Below are positions 1-7,575 of a stretch of 64,000 bases of DNA, piece by piece (within the stretch, counting starts at the first letter, position 1; the number at the start of each line of letters is the position of its first letter). Made by a program: the position numbers and the translations under genes. The notes below the pieces were generated by a model. It saw only the letters and a list, made by a program, of their open reading frames with translations, had not been told where the DNA came from and did no database searches. The DNA is from a virus. The stretch lies in the IMG/VR virus record IMGVR_UViG_3300035698_019437, positions 1 through 64,000 of that record. One strand, written 5' to 3'.

Positions 1-82
1 GCGGTCGAGGACGCGCCAATCGTAGAGGTCGCGGGCGAGGTCGCAGATCAAGCGACGATTAAATGACGATTAAAGTAAGGTA

Positions 83-156
83 GGGCGCATAACTCAGCGG
101 CTAGAGTGCCTGCTCGACGCGCAGGAAGTCCGTAGGTTCGAATCCTACTGCGCCCA
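83..156 (+). tRNA. tRNA-Val(GAC)
   Basis: Acceptor GGGCGCA/TGCGCCC, anticodon arm CCTGC-TCGACGC-GCAGG, T arm GTAGG-TTCGAAT-CCTAC; C at position 33; no encoded CCA. Confidence 0.92.
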
Positions 157-365
157 TTTTATTTGCATTATTCATCTTTTTGTTGGGATTTTTTATTAAT
201 TTCTTCCTTTTTAAGCCATCCGTGCTTAATACCTATGCGTTCCCAATCTCTCTTAGACATGAATAGCAAATTTTTGTCTGATCTGCGTAGGATTTTCATT
301 GTTTTTTCTCCATTAATATATTATACACTAATACAACATTCCCTTGTTGAGATTGGAAGTGAAAA

Positions 366-599
366 ATGGCTAAAAATAATTTATATAAGCAATGTACTTT
401 ACGTCTTGATGATGCTAAAATGGTTGCGTGGCTACCCATGAAGTTTGCCAAGAAGCACCTGTTTTTAAGATTAAAAGAAAATGGTGAGTGGAAGAATGGT
501 TGGGAAGTTGTGGAAGTCTATGATGATATACTTCCAGAAGATGTTGTTGTTGCTAACAAAAACAGTTACAGAGATGCAAGAGGAACGACAGACATTTAA
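366..599 (+). CDS. hypothetical phage protein
   Basis: 77-aa ORF between tRNAs with GGAAG upstream. Confidence 0.7.
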   Translation: MAKNNLYKQCTLRLDDAKMVAWLPMKFAKKHLFLRLKENGEWKNGWEVVEVYDDILPEDVVVANKNSYRDARGTTDI

Positions 600-605
600 A
601 TGCAA

Positions 606-681
606 GGGCAGATGGTGTAATTGTGGTATGTCTCATTGGATCGAAAATCCAGAGGTCTCGGTTCGATTCCGGGTCTGCCCA
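606..681 (+). tRNA. tRNA-Phe(GAA), atypical D arm
   Basis: Acceptor GGGCAGA/TCTGCCC, anticodon arm TTGGA-TCGAAAA-TCCAG, T arm CTCGG-TTCGATT-CCGGG; D arm pairs poorly. Confidence 0.8.
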
Positions 682-693
682 TTGGAGAATACA

Positions 694-1038
694 ATGATAA
701 TAGATGTTATTGAATATTTTGACTATGAAGGTTACTCTCTTTACAGTTTCGATACAGAAATTGATAAGAATGACATGTCTCGATTAGCTAATAAAATAGC
801 TAATGGAGAAGCCTATGTTATACGAGTACTTGACAATTCTTCTGATATGATTGGTGAAGAGCTATATGCCATGATCCAAGCCAATAAGGAAAGAGCAGAA
901 CGAGTTAAGAAGAATCGTAGTGCATCAGCTAAGAAGGGTTGGGAAACTCGCAAAGCAAATAAAAAGAAGTCAACTTGCCCGCCCACAGGTCATGGGTTAC
1001 GTAGCGATTGGCAAGAAGGCGATATGACAGACAAATAG
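694..1038 (+). CDS. hypothetical protein with basic C-terminus
   Basis: ATG 694 after GGAG; the longer 481 start in the track would run through tRNA-Phe. Confidence 0.7.
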   Translation: MIIDVIEYFDYEGYSLYSFDTEIDKNDMSRLANKIANGEAYVIRVLDNSSDMIGEELYAMIQANKERAERVKKNRSASAKKGWETRKANKKKSTCPPTGHGLRSDWQEGDMTDK

Positions 1039-1044
1039 AATTAC

Positions 1045-1117
1045 TCGCCCGAAGCTCAACAGGATGAGTACCGCTCTCCTAAAGCGGAGGTTTTGGGTTC
1101 GATCCCCAACGGGCGAA
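1045..1117 (+). tRNA. tRNA-Arg(CCT)
   Basis: Acceptor TCGCCCG/CGGGCGA, anticodon arm CCGCT-CTCCTAA-AGCGG, T arm TTGGG-TTCGATC-CCCAA. Confidence 0.92.
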
Positions 1118-1133
1118 TTAGAAGGAGAAAACG

Positions 1134-1373
1134 ATGCTGACAGATTATATTGAAGAATGCGAAAAATGTGGAAAACCCGGAAGTGTTTCTTATCCTTCGG
1201 ACGAACCAAAACCTGATGTTTGCGATTTATGTATAACGATAGGAGATAATACTGAAAAGGCCCAATACCTTATGGCTTTGAAGAATCTTCCTTTAGAAGA
1301 AAGAATTGCAAAGATTGAAGAATGGATTTATGATGGGAACAGACATTGTGATCCACTTAAGCTAAATCTATAA
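1134..1373 (+). CDS. small zinc-ribbon protein
   Basis: AAGGAG RBS; CEKC...CDLC. Confidence 0.75.
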   Translation: MLTDYIEECEKCGKPGSVSYPSDEPKPDVCDLCITIGDNTEKAQYLMALKNLPLEERIAKIEEWIYDGNRHCDPLKLNL

Positions 1374-1380
1374 AATAGTT

Positions 1381-1453
1381 CCCGCGCAAGTGTAAGGGTT
1401 AGCACGTCTCCCTGTCAAGGAGATAGAGTCGAGTTCGAGTCTCGCGCGCGGGG
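1381..1453 (+). tRNA. tRNA-Asp(GTC)
   Basis: Acceptor CCCGCGC/GCGCGGG, anticodon arm TCTCC-CTGTCAA-GGAGA, G73. Confidence 0.9.
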
Positions 1454-1474
1454 TTAATAAATAATTATTCTACA

Positions 1475-1534
1475 AGGAGCGAACTCCTAAAATCCGAATA
1501 CACGATTATAAGGCTGTGTTCATATAATAGGAGT
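1475..1534 (+). promoter_or_regulatory. AGGA-N17-GAAT promoter overlapped by an RBS-sequestering hairpin
   Basis: AGGA 1475, GAAT 1496; ACTCCTA (1483-1489) pairs with TAGGAGT (1528-1534). Confidence 0.6.
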
Positions 1535-1539
1535 CTGTA

Positions 1540-2235
1540 ATGTCTAAGAAACTAGCAGCAAAAAAAGAAAAAGCAATTTACTACAGGAAACAAATTGGAT
1601 TGTCGTACAGTGAGATATCAGAAAAACTGGGCGGAATATCAAAAAGCACTTTAAGTGGATGGTTACATAACGTATATTTGTCCAAGAAGATAAAAAAAAG
1701 GTTGAATAACCTAAATCCGGCGATAAACAATTCTAATGCAAAAGTAAAAGCAGGGAACGCTTGGAGAAAAAAGAATCAAAAACGTCGTCTTACTTTTCAA
1801 GAACACGGTAAAGAAGAAACCCATGATTTTGATTTGCATCTAGCTGGATGTATGTTGTATTGGGCTGAAGGAAGCAAAGACAAAAATTCCGTTATTTTTG
1901 CAAACACGAACAAATATATGATTAAATTGTTCATGAGATTTTTAAGAGAGTGCTATGATATACAAGATTCAAACATATCATTGTGTTGTCACTCTCATCT
2001 TTTGTCAGATAAATCTCTTTCTGAAGTAGAAGATTTTTGGGTTAAGTTGCTTAAATTGCCCAAAAGCTGTCTTCGAAAAGGGTATGTAGAAAAAAGAATA
2101 CCAAAACGAAAAAAAGTAAAATATCCTAATGGTATATGTTCTATAAAGCTTAACAATACTAATGTTTCTCAAAGAATATTTGGTTCTATCAAACATTACG
2201 CTGGTATTCAGGATAAACAGTTGTGGATCGGATAA
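1540..2235 (+). CDS. HTH plus LAGLIDADG-like putative homing endonuclease
   Basis: N-terminal HTH (LSYSEISEKLGGISKSTLSGWL); LAGCMLYWAEGSK helix, FANTN..MIKLFMRFL, YPNGIC. Confidence 0.7.
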   Translation: MSKKLAAKKEKAIYYRKQIGLSYSEISEKLGGISKSTLSGWLHNVYLSKKIKKRLNNLNPAINNSNAKVKAGNAWRKKNQKRRLTFQEHGKEETHDFDLHLAGCMLYWAEGSKDKNSVIFANTNKYMIKLFMRFLRECYDIQDSNISLCCHSHLLSDKSLSEVEDFWVKLLKLPKSCLRKGYVEKRIPKRKKVKYPNGICSIKLNNTNVSQRIFGSIKHYAGIQDKQLWIG

Positions 2236-2251
2236 AAGGAAATAGTATGTT

Positions 2252-2405
2252 ATGCAAAATGGAAAAATGATGTGTCGTGTTTGCAAAAAAACCTATTCAA
2301 AATAGATTTAAAGGTAAAAGAATTAGGTTCAAAAAAAAAGGCCAACCAGATGAAATTTTCCATATCTGTGGTCAATGCATGGAACAAAAATCCAGAAGAC
2401 AATGA
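2252..2405 (+). pseudogene. frameshifted small zinc-finger gene
   Basis: CRVC in one frame and ICGQC in another, joined if the A7 run at 2285-2291 were A6. Confidence 0.5.
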
Positions 2406-2725
2406 ACCAAATATCGTATGATAAACTTGTTAATTGCACATTTCTAGAAAGAGATAGAATGATACATAAGCTTTTCGATTTCTATCTATATTCTGGTTAT
2501 ATTGTAAACGAGATTAAACTCTGTACAAAGGCTTGGCTGCTTTTAAAGCGTTTCATGAGCAATGGCCTAGACATTGAAACTAATAAAAAGATGTTAGACT
2601 TGGGTATACACGGTTATTTATATGGCTCTAATTTAATTATAGATGATAAAATAGATGGAATAAAAGTAGCTATATTTAGCAGGCAGTTTAATAGTTATTT
2701 CTTTTGGAAGAAGATGGAAACGTAA
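2402..2725 (+). CDS. C-terminal W-tag protein (FFWKKMET)
   Basis: ATGA overlap start; terminal motif. Confidence 0.75.
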   Translation: MNQISYDKLVNCTFLERDRMIHKLFDFYLYSGYIVNEIKLCTKAWLLLKRFMSNGLDIETNKKMLDLGIHGYLYGSNLIIDDKIDGIKVAIFSRQFNSYFFWKKMET

Positions 2726-2726
2726 C

Positions 2727-3074
2727 ATGTTTAGTGGCGTTATGCAAACAATAAGAGTTGAAACAAAACTGCCTACGTTAAGAGACGTACACGGTATATT
2801 TCCTATTGTACATGAAGATTTTGGTAAAATACTGCATTTTATATATTACAATAAACCTCTCAAACGTAGTGGATGCAGAATTGTTATTGAAGCATTGAGA
2901 GAAAAGCCTATTACTTGGAGAGGATCACCCTCTAATATAAGATATGCAATGGACTTTTCAACGACTGCTTTATCAGATGTCTGGGTTGACCATTTTTGTA
3001 AACTATTCAGCAAATCTGACTACAGTTTTGTGTGTAGATTATCAAGGCTTGTTTGGATAGATATGGAGATTTGA
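2727..3074 (+). CDS. C-terminal W-tag protein (LVWIDMEI)
   Basis: ORF abutting neighbours; terminal motif. Confidence 0.75.
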   Translation: MFSGVMQTIRVETKLPTLRDVHGIFPIVHEDFGKILHFIYYNKPLKRSGCRIVIEALREKPITWRGSPSNIRYAMDFSTTALSDVWVDHFCKLFSKSDYSFVCRLSRLVWIDMEI

Positions 3075-3493
3075 TGAGTAATGGATGTTCTTTAAATATC
3101 GAAAACACTGATTGGCCTAAAAACATAATGGAGGTGGTCAGGATATTCAGAAACTCTACAACTACTCATGGTTTAGGAAGAATCATAGGATTTAACTTTG
3201 TTAAATTTACAGAAATAAGTTATCATCATGCCGAGCATGATTATTCTCTTATATTGTTCCCTATAAGAGAAGACACTCCAATATTTAGCGGTAAAGTTCC
3301 TAGTGTATTAGATAACTTTGCTTTCTATTTTAGGACTGCTAAACTTGCTATTCGATGGCTTAACAGAATCAACATCTTGTTGATATCAAAAGGATATAGT
3401 TTTAACGACCATACTGCTTACAATAACTTTTGGAGTAATCTGGCGAATCCTTGGGGAGAACTCCCGTTTATATGGAGGCCCATGAAAATATGA
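3074..3493 (+). CDS. C-terminal W-tag protein (FIWRPMKI)
   Basis: TGATG overlap start; terminal motif. Confidence 0.75.
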   Translation: MSNGCSLNIENTDWPKNIMEVVRIFRNSTTTHGLGRIIGFNFVKFTEISYHHAEHDYSLILFPIREDTPIFSGKVPSVLDNFAFYFRTAKLAIRWLNRINILLISKGYSFNDHTAYNNFWSNLANPWGELPFIWRPMKI

Positions 3494-3729
3494 TTCCTAG
3501 AGTAGGACAATCAATTTAGTTTCTTGAAAAACCGCGTTTAATCCGTAAAGTAACGAAAATAGGAACCAGTAAATATTTGATTCGAATTGGAAATTGTCAA
3601 CAGCAGTATGAACTTGATTTTGTATATAACGACCAAGTATTTAAGCGGCTGTCAAGCGATTTATTTATACCTGTTGAATGTGATATAACCTGTAATTCAA
3701 TGTTTTTATGGCACAACATAACAATATGA
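3490..3729 (+). pseudogene. W-tag gene with in-frame TAG at codon 10 (MIPRVGQSI*...FLWHNITI)
   Basis: ATGA overlaps at both ends; MIPxxGQ start like the next two genes; TAG at 3517-3519. Confidence 0.75.
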
Positions 3730-3932
3730 TTCCTGAAATTGGACAAATAATACGACGGTCAGATGGTCAAATTGGCATAGCAACTAAAATTACTATTGTC
3801 AACAAAGTTTCTAAATACAAGGTAATATTAGAAGATACTAAAGGCAATGAACTTGATTGTACTGTTATCCCTATGTATTATACTAATAGTTTAACAGCAA
3901 CAATGTTCTTCTGGAAAACAATGAAATTATGA
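3726..3932 (+). CDS. W-tag protein, MIPxxGQ family (FFWKTMKL)
   Basis: ATGA overlap; terminal motif. Confidence 0.78.
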   Translation: MIPEIGQIIRRSDGQIGIATKITIVNKVSKYKVILEDTKGNELDCTVIPMYYTNSLTATMFFWKTMKL

Positions 3933-4180
3933 TCCCAAGAACAGGACAACATATTGTCTATGGTGGTGGAGAATGCCTTATAATCGAAGTAAAGTCGCTA
4001 GGACGAAGTAAGTTGGTTAATAAATATGGTAGGAATTGCCAAGAAGACTTCGAAATTGCATTTATTTACAAAGGGATTACTTACCTAACAAAGGTAAACG
4101 ATTTGTTTTATCCAGTAGGGTACAAGATACCAGAAAATTGTCCAAGCTGGATGTTCCTTTGGAAACCTATGGAGATATAG
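3929..4180 (+). CDS. W-tag protein, MIPxxGQ family (FLWKPMEI)
   Basis: ATGA overlap; terminal motif. Confidence 0.78.
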   Translation: MIPRTGQHIVYGGGECLIIEVKSLGRSKLVNKYGRNCQEDFEIAFIYKGITYLTKVNDLFYPVGYKIPENCPSWMFLWKPMEI

Positions 4181-4186
4181 AAAGCT

Positions 4187-4429
4187 ATGTTTGACAAAAA
4201 AACATTAGACAGACTATTAGATAACCGAGTATACATCAAGCCCGAAACATTCGTTCTGCGGCAGTTTGGACCTGATTATGGAGGAGATGCGACTAAGTTT
4301 CTTGGAGAGGACGATACGTGGACAGACAAAGAACATGCCATCACATTTGACAACGCAAGAGACATGAAATTTGTCGCTAGAAAATTTTGGAAAGAACAGG
4401 ATTTGTTGCTGATTCCAGTTATAATATAG
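4187..4429 (+). CDS. hypothetical protein
   Basis: 80-aa ORF within operon. Confidence 0.7.
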   Translation: MFDKKTLDRLLDNRVYIKPETFVLRQFGPDYGGDATKFLGEDDTWTDKEHAITFDNARDMKFVARKFWKEQDLLLIPVII

Positions 4430-4443
4430 TGGAAGGTAAATCT

Positions 4444-4524
4444 GGGAACGTGGCAGACCGGAATGCATCCGACTCTTAATCGGTGGGCAATTGCCCTATG
4501 AGGGTTCGACTCCCTTCGTTCCTA
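4444..4524 (+). tRNA. tRNA with CTT (Lys) anticodon and long variable arm
   Basis: Acceptor GGGAACG/CGTTCCT, anticodon loop CTCTTAA, V-arm GGGC-AATT-GCCC, T arm GAGGG-TTCGACT-CCCTT. Confidence 0.88.
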
Positions 4525-4552
4525 TTGGTTCAACTTTTTTGACATTTTAACA

Positions 4553-4600
4553 AGGATTTCGAACCCATAATGTCGAATAACTCTATGTAAGGAGTTATTC
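4553..4600 (+). promoter_or_regulatory. AGGA-N18-GAAT promoter with RBS-sequestering hairpin
   Basis: GAATAACTC (4575-4583) is the perfect reverse complement of GAGTTATTC (4592-4600), covering the SD. Confidence 0.65.
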
Positions 4601-4601
4601 T

Positions 4602-5123
4602 ATGGGTAATGTAAAATCTATTAAAAATTGTCAAAGAAGAAAAAAAGAACTAGCGGTGGAGAGATTTGGCGGCAAATGCTGCATATGTGGATATAAAAAA
4701 TGCGTAGGATCATTAGTATTCCATCATTTAGAAGATAAAAAAGAAAATCCATCTTATATCGTTGCAAGATGGAGTTGGGAAAGAGCAAAAAAAGAATTAG
4801 ATAAATGCATTCTGGTTTGTGCGAATTGTCATGGTGAAATCCACTATAACAACGAAATAGACACAAGATTGTTGAAATACTATAAACCGTTTTTGAAAAA
4901 GAAATGTATCGTATGTCATAAGAAATTTGAAACTAAGAAATACGAACAGAAGTTTTGTTCTCATGAATGTTCAGGATTTTCACAAAGAGTTGCAAAAAGA
5001 CCTTCGAAAAAAGACTTGAAATTTTTATTAGAACAAGAAACAAGTTGGGTCAAACTGGGTAGAATGTTTGGTGTATCTGATAATGCTGTAAGAAAATGGG
5101 CTAGGAAATACGGTTTATTATAA
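4602..5123 (+). CDS. HNH homing endonuclease with zinc finger and HTH
   Basis: GGKCCICGY..FHH..KCILVCANCHGEIH; KFCSHEC; GVSDNAVRKW. Confidence 0.9.
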   Translation: MGNVKSIKNCQRRKKELAVERFGGKCCICGYKKCVGSLVFHHLEDKKENPSYIVARWSWERAKKELDKCILVCANCHGEIHYNNEIDTRLLKYYKPFLKKKCIVCHKKFETKKYEQKFCSHECSGFSQRVAKRPSKKDLKFLLEQETSWVKLGRMFGVSDNAVRKWARKYGLL

Positions 5124-5135
5124 AAGAGTATTCGG

Positions 5136-5450
5136 ATGGCTATAATTTATATGGATGACAAAGAAATAACTTTACATAAATTGCCCTTTAATGAAGGCGA
5201 TGAATTTGTTTGCAACCATTGCAAAAAAGGCGATGCAACGATACGAAAATATGTTGGTAGTGCGTCTCAGCATGACTTTGTTTATTATCTAGGTGGACCT
5301 GTAAAATGGGGACGAACTGCCGAGGCCGAATTTAAAAACGGCATTTTCGATTTGATTGTTGCTTGTACAGGATGCGGACAAAAAATGGATAAACGAGAGT
5401 TTCTTCTTCTTCCTGAAGATACTTTTAAGTGGAGACAGATGTGCCTCTAG
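5136..5450 (+). CDS. W-tag zinc-ribbon protein (FKWRQMCL)
   Basis: CNHC..CTGC; paralog of next gene (PExTFxW ending). Confidence 0.78.
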   Translation: MAIIYMDDKEITLHKLPFNEGDEFVCNHCKKGDATIRKYVGSASQHDFVYYLGGPVKWGRTAEAEFKNGIFDLIVACTGCGQKMDKREFLLLPEDTFKWRQMCL

Positions 5451-5740
5451 TATGCCTTTATGATAATGCTTCAGTAGAATTTTACGATATAATTGATGGT
5501 CCTTATAAACCAAATTTAAGATTCACAATAGGTGATATTTTTAAGTGCAAACGATGTGGAACTTCTAGCGCAGAAGTATTCCCGTGTACCCACGAAACGG
5601 CTGAAGCCTATATAGTTTTTAATGAGCGTTTAATTGTTAATCCATCACATATTAGAATAATATGTGTATGCGGATATGAAATGACTAAATGGGGACTTTT
5701 TCCTGAAGAAACGTTTGAGTGGCAGTATATGTATATATAA
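5441..5740 (+). CDS. W-tag zinc-ribbon protein (FEWQYMYI)
   Basis: CKRC..CVC; probable GTG start after GGAG (start uncertain). Confidence 0.72.
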   Translation: MPLVCLYDNASVEFYDIIDGPYKPNLRFTIGDIFKCKRCGTSSAEVFPCTHETAEAYIVFNERLIVNPSHIRIICVCGYEMTKWGLFPEETFEWQYMYI

Positions 5741-5747
5741 TTAAAGT

Positions 5748-5818
5748 GCTTCGGTAGCTCAGTTTGGCCAGAGCGGCTGTTAACCGCTAGGTTCTGGGTT
5801 CAAGTCCCAGTCGGGCCT
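5748..5818 (+). tRNA. tRNA-Asn(GTT), probably degenerate
   Basis: AGCGG-CTGTTAA-CCGCT arm and intact T arm, but the D-stem 3' strand and anticodon stem share the same AGC; acceptor stem mismatched. Confidence 0.65.
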
Positions 5819-5831
5819 TTATATTTTCATA

Positions 5832-5887
5832 AGGATTCCGAACAGATATTCCGAATATTAACTAGAGGCGTTAATATAAGGAGTATC
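5832..5887 (+). promoter_or_regulatory. AGGA-N17-GAAT promoter with RBS-sequestering hairpin
   Basis: GATATTCC-GA-ATATTAAC pairs with GTTAATAT-AA-GGAGTATC. Confidence 0.62.
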
Positions 5888-5889
5888 AA

Positions 5890-6426
5890 ATGGCTACATC
5901 TTCTGAACATGTAATGAATTGGCGAAATCGCACAAAGCAAAGATTAATTGAATACAAAGGTGGTAAATGCGAAAGATGCGGTTATGATAAAATACAATAT
6001 CCAAGAGCATTTGTCTTTCACCATAACGATCCATCAAAAAAAGAGATGTCTTTAAGTAAGGTTTGTAGAGCATTAGAAAAACTTAAAAAAGAAGTGGATA
6101 AATGCACTCTTTTATGCGCCAGATGTCATGCAGAAATACACGATGAGGCTGATGAAAAAAAACGCCAATTTAGATTAGACATAAAACCAAGGACTCCAAG
6201 GAAACTAAAACTTTGCAAATATTGTGGAACTGGATTTAAGACTTATCACAGAAAACAGAAGTTTTGTTCTGTCAAATGTAAAGCTATAGGAACAAGAAAA
6301 GTTTTGAACAGACCTAGTAAACATGTTTTAAAAAACATGAGAAAATCTATGTCACTAACTTCTATTGGCAAAAAATTTGGTGTTACTCATGGTACTATTC
6401 AAAAATGGTTAAATGTTAAATGTTAA
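5890..6426 (+). CDS. HNH homing endonuclease, paralog of 4602..5123
   Basis: GGKCERCGY..FHH..KCTLLCARCHAEIH; KFCSVKC; C-terminal HTH. Confidence 0.9.
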   Translation: MATSSEHVMNWRNRTKQRLIEYKGGKCERCGYDKIQYPRAFVFHHNDPSKKEMSLSKVCRALEKLKKEVDKCTLLCARCHAEIHDEADEKKRQFRLDIKPRTPRKLKLCKYCGTGFKTYHRKQKFCSVKCKAIGTRKVLNRPSKHVLKNMRKSMSLTSIGKKFGVTHGTIQKWLNVKC

Positions 6427-6602
6427 ATACATTGCAAGACATATTGGCTTTTGTAATTTATGTTGTTATTACGTTGGTGTTATTACCATCTTTTGCATTA
6501 ATATGGCTTGTAGGACTACCTATAATTGGCTTCAACTTAGAAGATACCAGGGATTATTGGGTATCTATTTTGACATGGGAATTTATGGAGTATGCGGTAT
6601 GA
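6420..6602 (+). CDS. small membrane protein
   Basis: Long hydrophobic stretch; ATGA overlap with next gene. Confidence 0.6.
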   Translation: MLNTLQDILAFVIYVVITLVLLPSFALIWLVGLPIIGFNLEDTRDYWVSILTWEFMEYAV

Positions 6603-7033
6603 AAACTGAAAAAGAGAAAAACACTATAGTTGTTCTGTTTGACGAACATAGAGAAATCACTGACGTTGCTGATCCTAATGATAGTTGGGACAGGGATAAT
6701 GATAGTATAGATGTAGAATTCAAAGAGTTGAGAACTGAACATCCAAAAAGAACTCCGCGAGGATGTTGGCCTCATGAAATTGAAGTTGACTTTGATCCCG
6801 AGAAATACGTTAATAAAGAATTAGGAATGGTTGTTGTTCGCTATTCCACTGGTGATACTTTTGGAAGTACTGAAGGTGCTTGGACTATAGTTGGCATTTT
6901 CACTGATTTGGTAAAAGCAGAAAAGATTGCCGTTGATATTGAAAATGATAACTATGGCAATAATAATGCTTGGCAAGGTTATTTTGAATCGCTAGAATGT
7001 GCAGATGTTAAGTACCTGACTTTAAGGAGATAA
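6599..7033 (+). CDS. hypothetical phage protein (YSTGDTFG motif)
   Basis: VVRYSTGDTFG...WQGYFESLE. Confidence 0.75.
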   Translation: MKTEKEKNTIVVLFDEHREITDVADPNDSWDRDNDSIDVEFKELRTEHPKRTPRGCWPHEIEVDFDPEKYVNKELGMVVVRYSTGDTFGSTEGAWTIVGIFTDLVKAEKIAVDIENDNYGNNNAWQGYFESLECADVKYLTLRR

Positions 7034-7034
7034 G

Positions 7035-7292
7035 ATGCCTGATCCGATTAAAAGAACTATCATTTGTAAAAACTGTAATCAGAGGGTTCAAGTTACATAT
7101 TTTGAAGATATGGGACAACCAACTCATTGTCTTGATTGTGGCGATGAAGAGATGGATAAAGACAAAGCAGAGTTTGTAAAGGTTTTTATGCAGATGTCTG
7201 AAAAAGAAAGATGGAAAATGCTTGCAGAATTTATGGTTGAAGAGAAGTGTAGGATGAATTTTGCAGAATATATGAGAAAATGCAAAGCTTAA
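7035..7292 (+). CDS. zinc-ribbon protein
   Basis: CKNC...CLDC; AAGGAG RBS. Confidence 0.72.
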   Translation: MPDPIKRTIICKNCNQRVQVTYFEDMGQPTHCLDCGDEEMDKDKAEFVKVFMQMSEKERWKMLAEFMVEEKCRMNFAEYMRKCKA

Positions 7293-7309
7293 TTTTAATT
7301 GGAAAACAT

Positions 7310-7394
7310 GCGGGCGTGACCAGAATTGGATATTGGAGCGGTCTTCTAAATCGCCGGGCTTGACCCATTGTAGGTTCGAATCCTACCGTCCGTG
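7310..7394 (+). tRNA. tRNA-Arg(TCT) with long variable arm
   Basis: Acceptor GCGGGCG/CGTCCGT, anticodon arm GCGGT-CTTCTAA-ATCGC, V-arm GGG-CTTGA-CCC, T arm GTAGG-TTCGAAT-CCTAC. Confidence 0.87.
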
Positions 7395-7398
7395 TTAT

Positions 7399-7575
7399 AT
7401 GTCAACTCCTTATAAATGTCGAAGATGTTGGTGGAGAGAAGGCAATTGTTGTTTCAACGAAGAATTCGCATTTACTAGTTTTGATAAGAAAGGTCTACGT
7501 GAAGGTGAGTTAATAGAAGAAGCAACTGTTGAAGCATGTCGCAAAAATATTGCTTCAAAAAATATACCCGCATAG
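7399..7575 (+). CDS. small Cys-rich protein
   Basis: CRRC..CC; lies between tRNAs, stop overlaps the 5' end of the next tRNA. Confidence 0.5.
   Translation: MSTPYKCRRCWWREGNCCFNEEFAFTSFDKKGLREGELIEEATVEACRKNIASKNIPA

Noticed and set aside
163-693. ORF 163..441 and the N-terminal extension of 481..1038
   Set aside because: They overlap AT-rich intergenic DNA, a better ORF and tRNA-Phe.
3517-3519. Genome-wide TAG recoding
   Set aside because: TAG ends many genes exactly after the W-tag or just before the next start (4180, 5450, 8226, 32013), and long genes are not fragmented in code 11.
7329-7360. Amber suppressor (CTA) reading of the 7310 tRNA
   Set aside because: The stem GCGGT/ATCGC fixes the loop as CT-TCT-AA; a CTA register does not pair.
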